Of a stretch of DNA of 64,000 nucleotides, positions 61,910 to 64,000 are shown one piece after another. A program made the position numbers and the translations under genes. Within the stretch, counting starts at the first letter, position 1; each line of letters begins with the position of its first letter. This DNA comes from Chiloscyllium plagiosum (Eukaryota), in NCBI RefSeq assembly GCF_004010195.1, contig NC_057755.1, forward strand, positions 9,888,891-9,952,890, given 5' to 3'. Below the pieces are notes generated by a model. It did no database searches. It saw nothing but the letters and a program-made list of their open reading frames with translations, and was not told the DNA's origin.

Positions 61910-64000
61910 ATTATGAAAAACTGCACAAAATGTGGTGACTCATCACCAAGTCATCTTTTACTTACATGTGCGCAGTACATGGGCTCTGACGTGGCAGCTC
62001 GACCCCAGTCCTGAGACGGAGGAGATCCTTTGAATTTTCAGTTTACTATCTGTCAGCTCGGGTTCAAAACCCCAATCAAGGATGTCATAATCAATGTGAC
62101 CCAACTTCTCCTCATTCCACTTACTGCAACCCCACCAAGCCCCTCCTCCCCATGTCCTATTCTCTACCTTGTAGATTTTCCTGGGACGTTTTGCCTAGAT
62201 TTGCTTCCTCCGACTATGCTTCAAATATGGATAGTGTTGCCCATCCCTTGCAACCAAAAAGTCTTGGGAGAGTTGGCTCTTCTGCTTCAGGTGGTATCGA
62301 AGTTCAATCCGTCATGGACCCTGGGATGTCTTTGACGTGAGATGCACGGGTAGAACACATGGTTTATGGCAGCACTTCTGGCTTATCTTCGGGGCCAGGT
62401 ACATTTTGTTCCTGACCCGTGAATGGGATAGCAGATTTCGGGTGATGTATTAGTTTGTTGAGAAATGCATCACTGAAGTAAACTTTCCATGTTACCGATC
62501 ACTTTGTGCTGACATTGCCTCATTTCTGTGGTTAAGAAACCAAATATTGTATACTGATGTAAACGGTCTATCTGGCAGAAGAATGTGGGCGGCATTAACA
62601 TTCCCGTTGCTGTTTCACCCTGTCTGAAACGTCTGGGAAATTCAATTTTAACCTGGAGCGAAGACTTCTCCCCATCAGAAACTCTGCTAGAGTTCTCGAT
62701 GTGCTGAAGAGTTGTCCTGTAATCAAACAAGAACGTGGGCAATCTGGTATCGACTGAAGCTGTCGGCTACTCCTTTAAGAGTAACTTCAACATTCGAACT
62801 TCACTCTCTGCAAGAGATTGAACGATATTTGGTATAGAGCTGTTCCCCAAACATGCCGAATCGAATTCGACTTCAGGAAATACTCGAAATCACTGCTGAT
62901 AAACGATTCTTCATTGTCCATGACCAATGATTCCCAGAGTGCATTTCTCGTGAAAAATCCTTGCAGCTTTTCACTTGTCATTCCCAAGTTTGCTAAGTGA
63001 ACTATATGCACATCTAAACCATTTTGAATGGACATCCACAATCAAAAACTGAGTTCACAAAAGTGAACCGGGCTGTCAAGCTTTATTTTATGTGTGATTG
63101 GTGCTGGCAATTTTACAAAATGCACTGGTTTGAACATCCCTTTGCTTTCCAGCCTTCTGGATTCTACCTTTACTGTTGCCCATAAAACAAATGGAACCGA
63201 GCGAGCCTTGGAGAACCATGGCATTGTACCCTGGTCAACATACAAGGTGGCCTTGATCGTCCCTCGTTCTTTTTGAAAATTTTCTGGATATTTAGTTGGG
63301 ACTTCACTCGGACAGTGTGTTTCTAATCGAAAAAAAAATGACCCAGTCAAAGTGAATCTTTCTCAAACGGTTCCACCCAATAGGTTTGGGTTAAAGCATT
63401 TTACTGCAATTAGTGGTAACTACATCAACTGTATCTCGATGACACCAGAATTTTGGCCTTCAATCCGCAATATTTTCATGCGATATGTTCTCAATCTCTC
63501 TCGTGCAAACTTAAGGTCTGGAGTCCAGAGAGAATCTTGTTAAAAATTGTTTCTGCTACCACTGGCACAGATATGCTGGAATTGGTCCCCTTGACAACTG
63601 GGCGACAACTTATACAGACATTTCGTCGCATTGTTTCTGATTTGGATGTCGCTACGGAATTTAGTCATTCTGAAACACACATAGGTTGACCTACCAGGGT
63701 GTGCACTCTCCTGAATACCAGCCTATGAGTTATCTCAGTCAAGTTAGGCATTGCAGAATTCGTTTGAGTTCTCGGGTCTGGATAGTGGTATCAACTTGAA
63801 TAGCTTGCTGGCCCACATCCAGGAGAACATTTTAATAATTTGTCCCAGGCTCGGCTGTGTTGTGGGCTTTTGCTGTGGCGTCACCGAGAATCCCTGTCCT
63901 CAGACTATTCTGGGCAAGAAGCTCTGTGATTACCTACACTCAAGTGGTGTTCCCCATGCTTATTTGGACAGTTGAGAGTGCCCACTTCCATGAGACGCAC
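61910..64000 (-). mobile_element. Old Gypsy-type remnant with canonical RT-before-IN order
   Basis: 'KARSVPFVLWATVKVESRRLESKG..PV' (RT start, 63042..63350), 'LVMDNEESFISSDFEYFLKSNSIRHV' (IN) and 'FLFDYRTT'. LTR-like segment at ~61910-62130. Confidence 0.7.

Overview
Repeat-dense vertebrate genomic DNA, most likely from a shark or other cartilaginous fish (inferred from HE1-type tRNA SINEs, CR1/HER1-type LINEs and the GPCR type), with a 500-N gap at 2552-3051. The only host genes are on the minus strand. One is an apparently intact two-exon, 318-aa GPR139-like class A GPCR (exon 1 21634-21568, exon 2 16253-15364). The other is a frameshifted paralogous pseudogene with the same phase-1 intron (exon 1 39271-39202, exon 2 ~33808-33100). 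Their upstream regions are collinear, indicating an old tandem duplication. The rest is nested mobile DNA: three decayed Gmr1-like Gypsy LTR elements (PR-IN-RT-RH order, tRNA-Pro PBS), a solo LTR, older Gypsy remnants, Tx1-, Rex1- and CR1-type LINEs, SINEs, and Penelope-like elements with hammerhead-ribozyme-like cores, some reduced to hairpins. The most intriguing structure is at 411-950, where a terminator-less 5S rRNA copy is fused to a Tx1 3' tail inside a tandem stack of Tx1 3' ends. It could be a Tx1-mobilised 5S-derived SINE or a 5S-associated Tx1 array. Family names are from motif recognition, not database searches, and the boundaries of decayed repeats are approximate.
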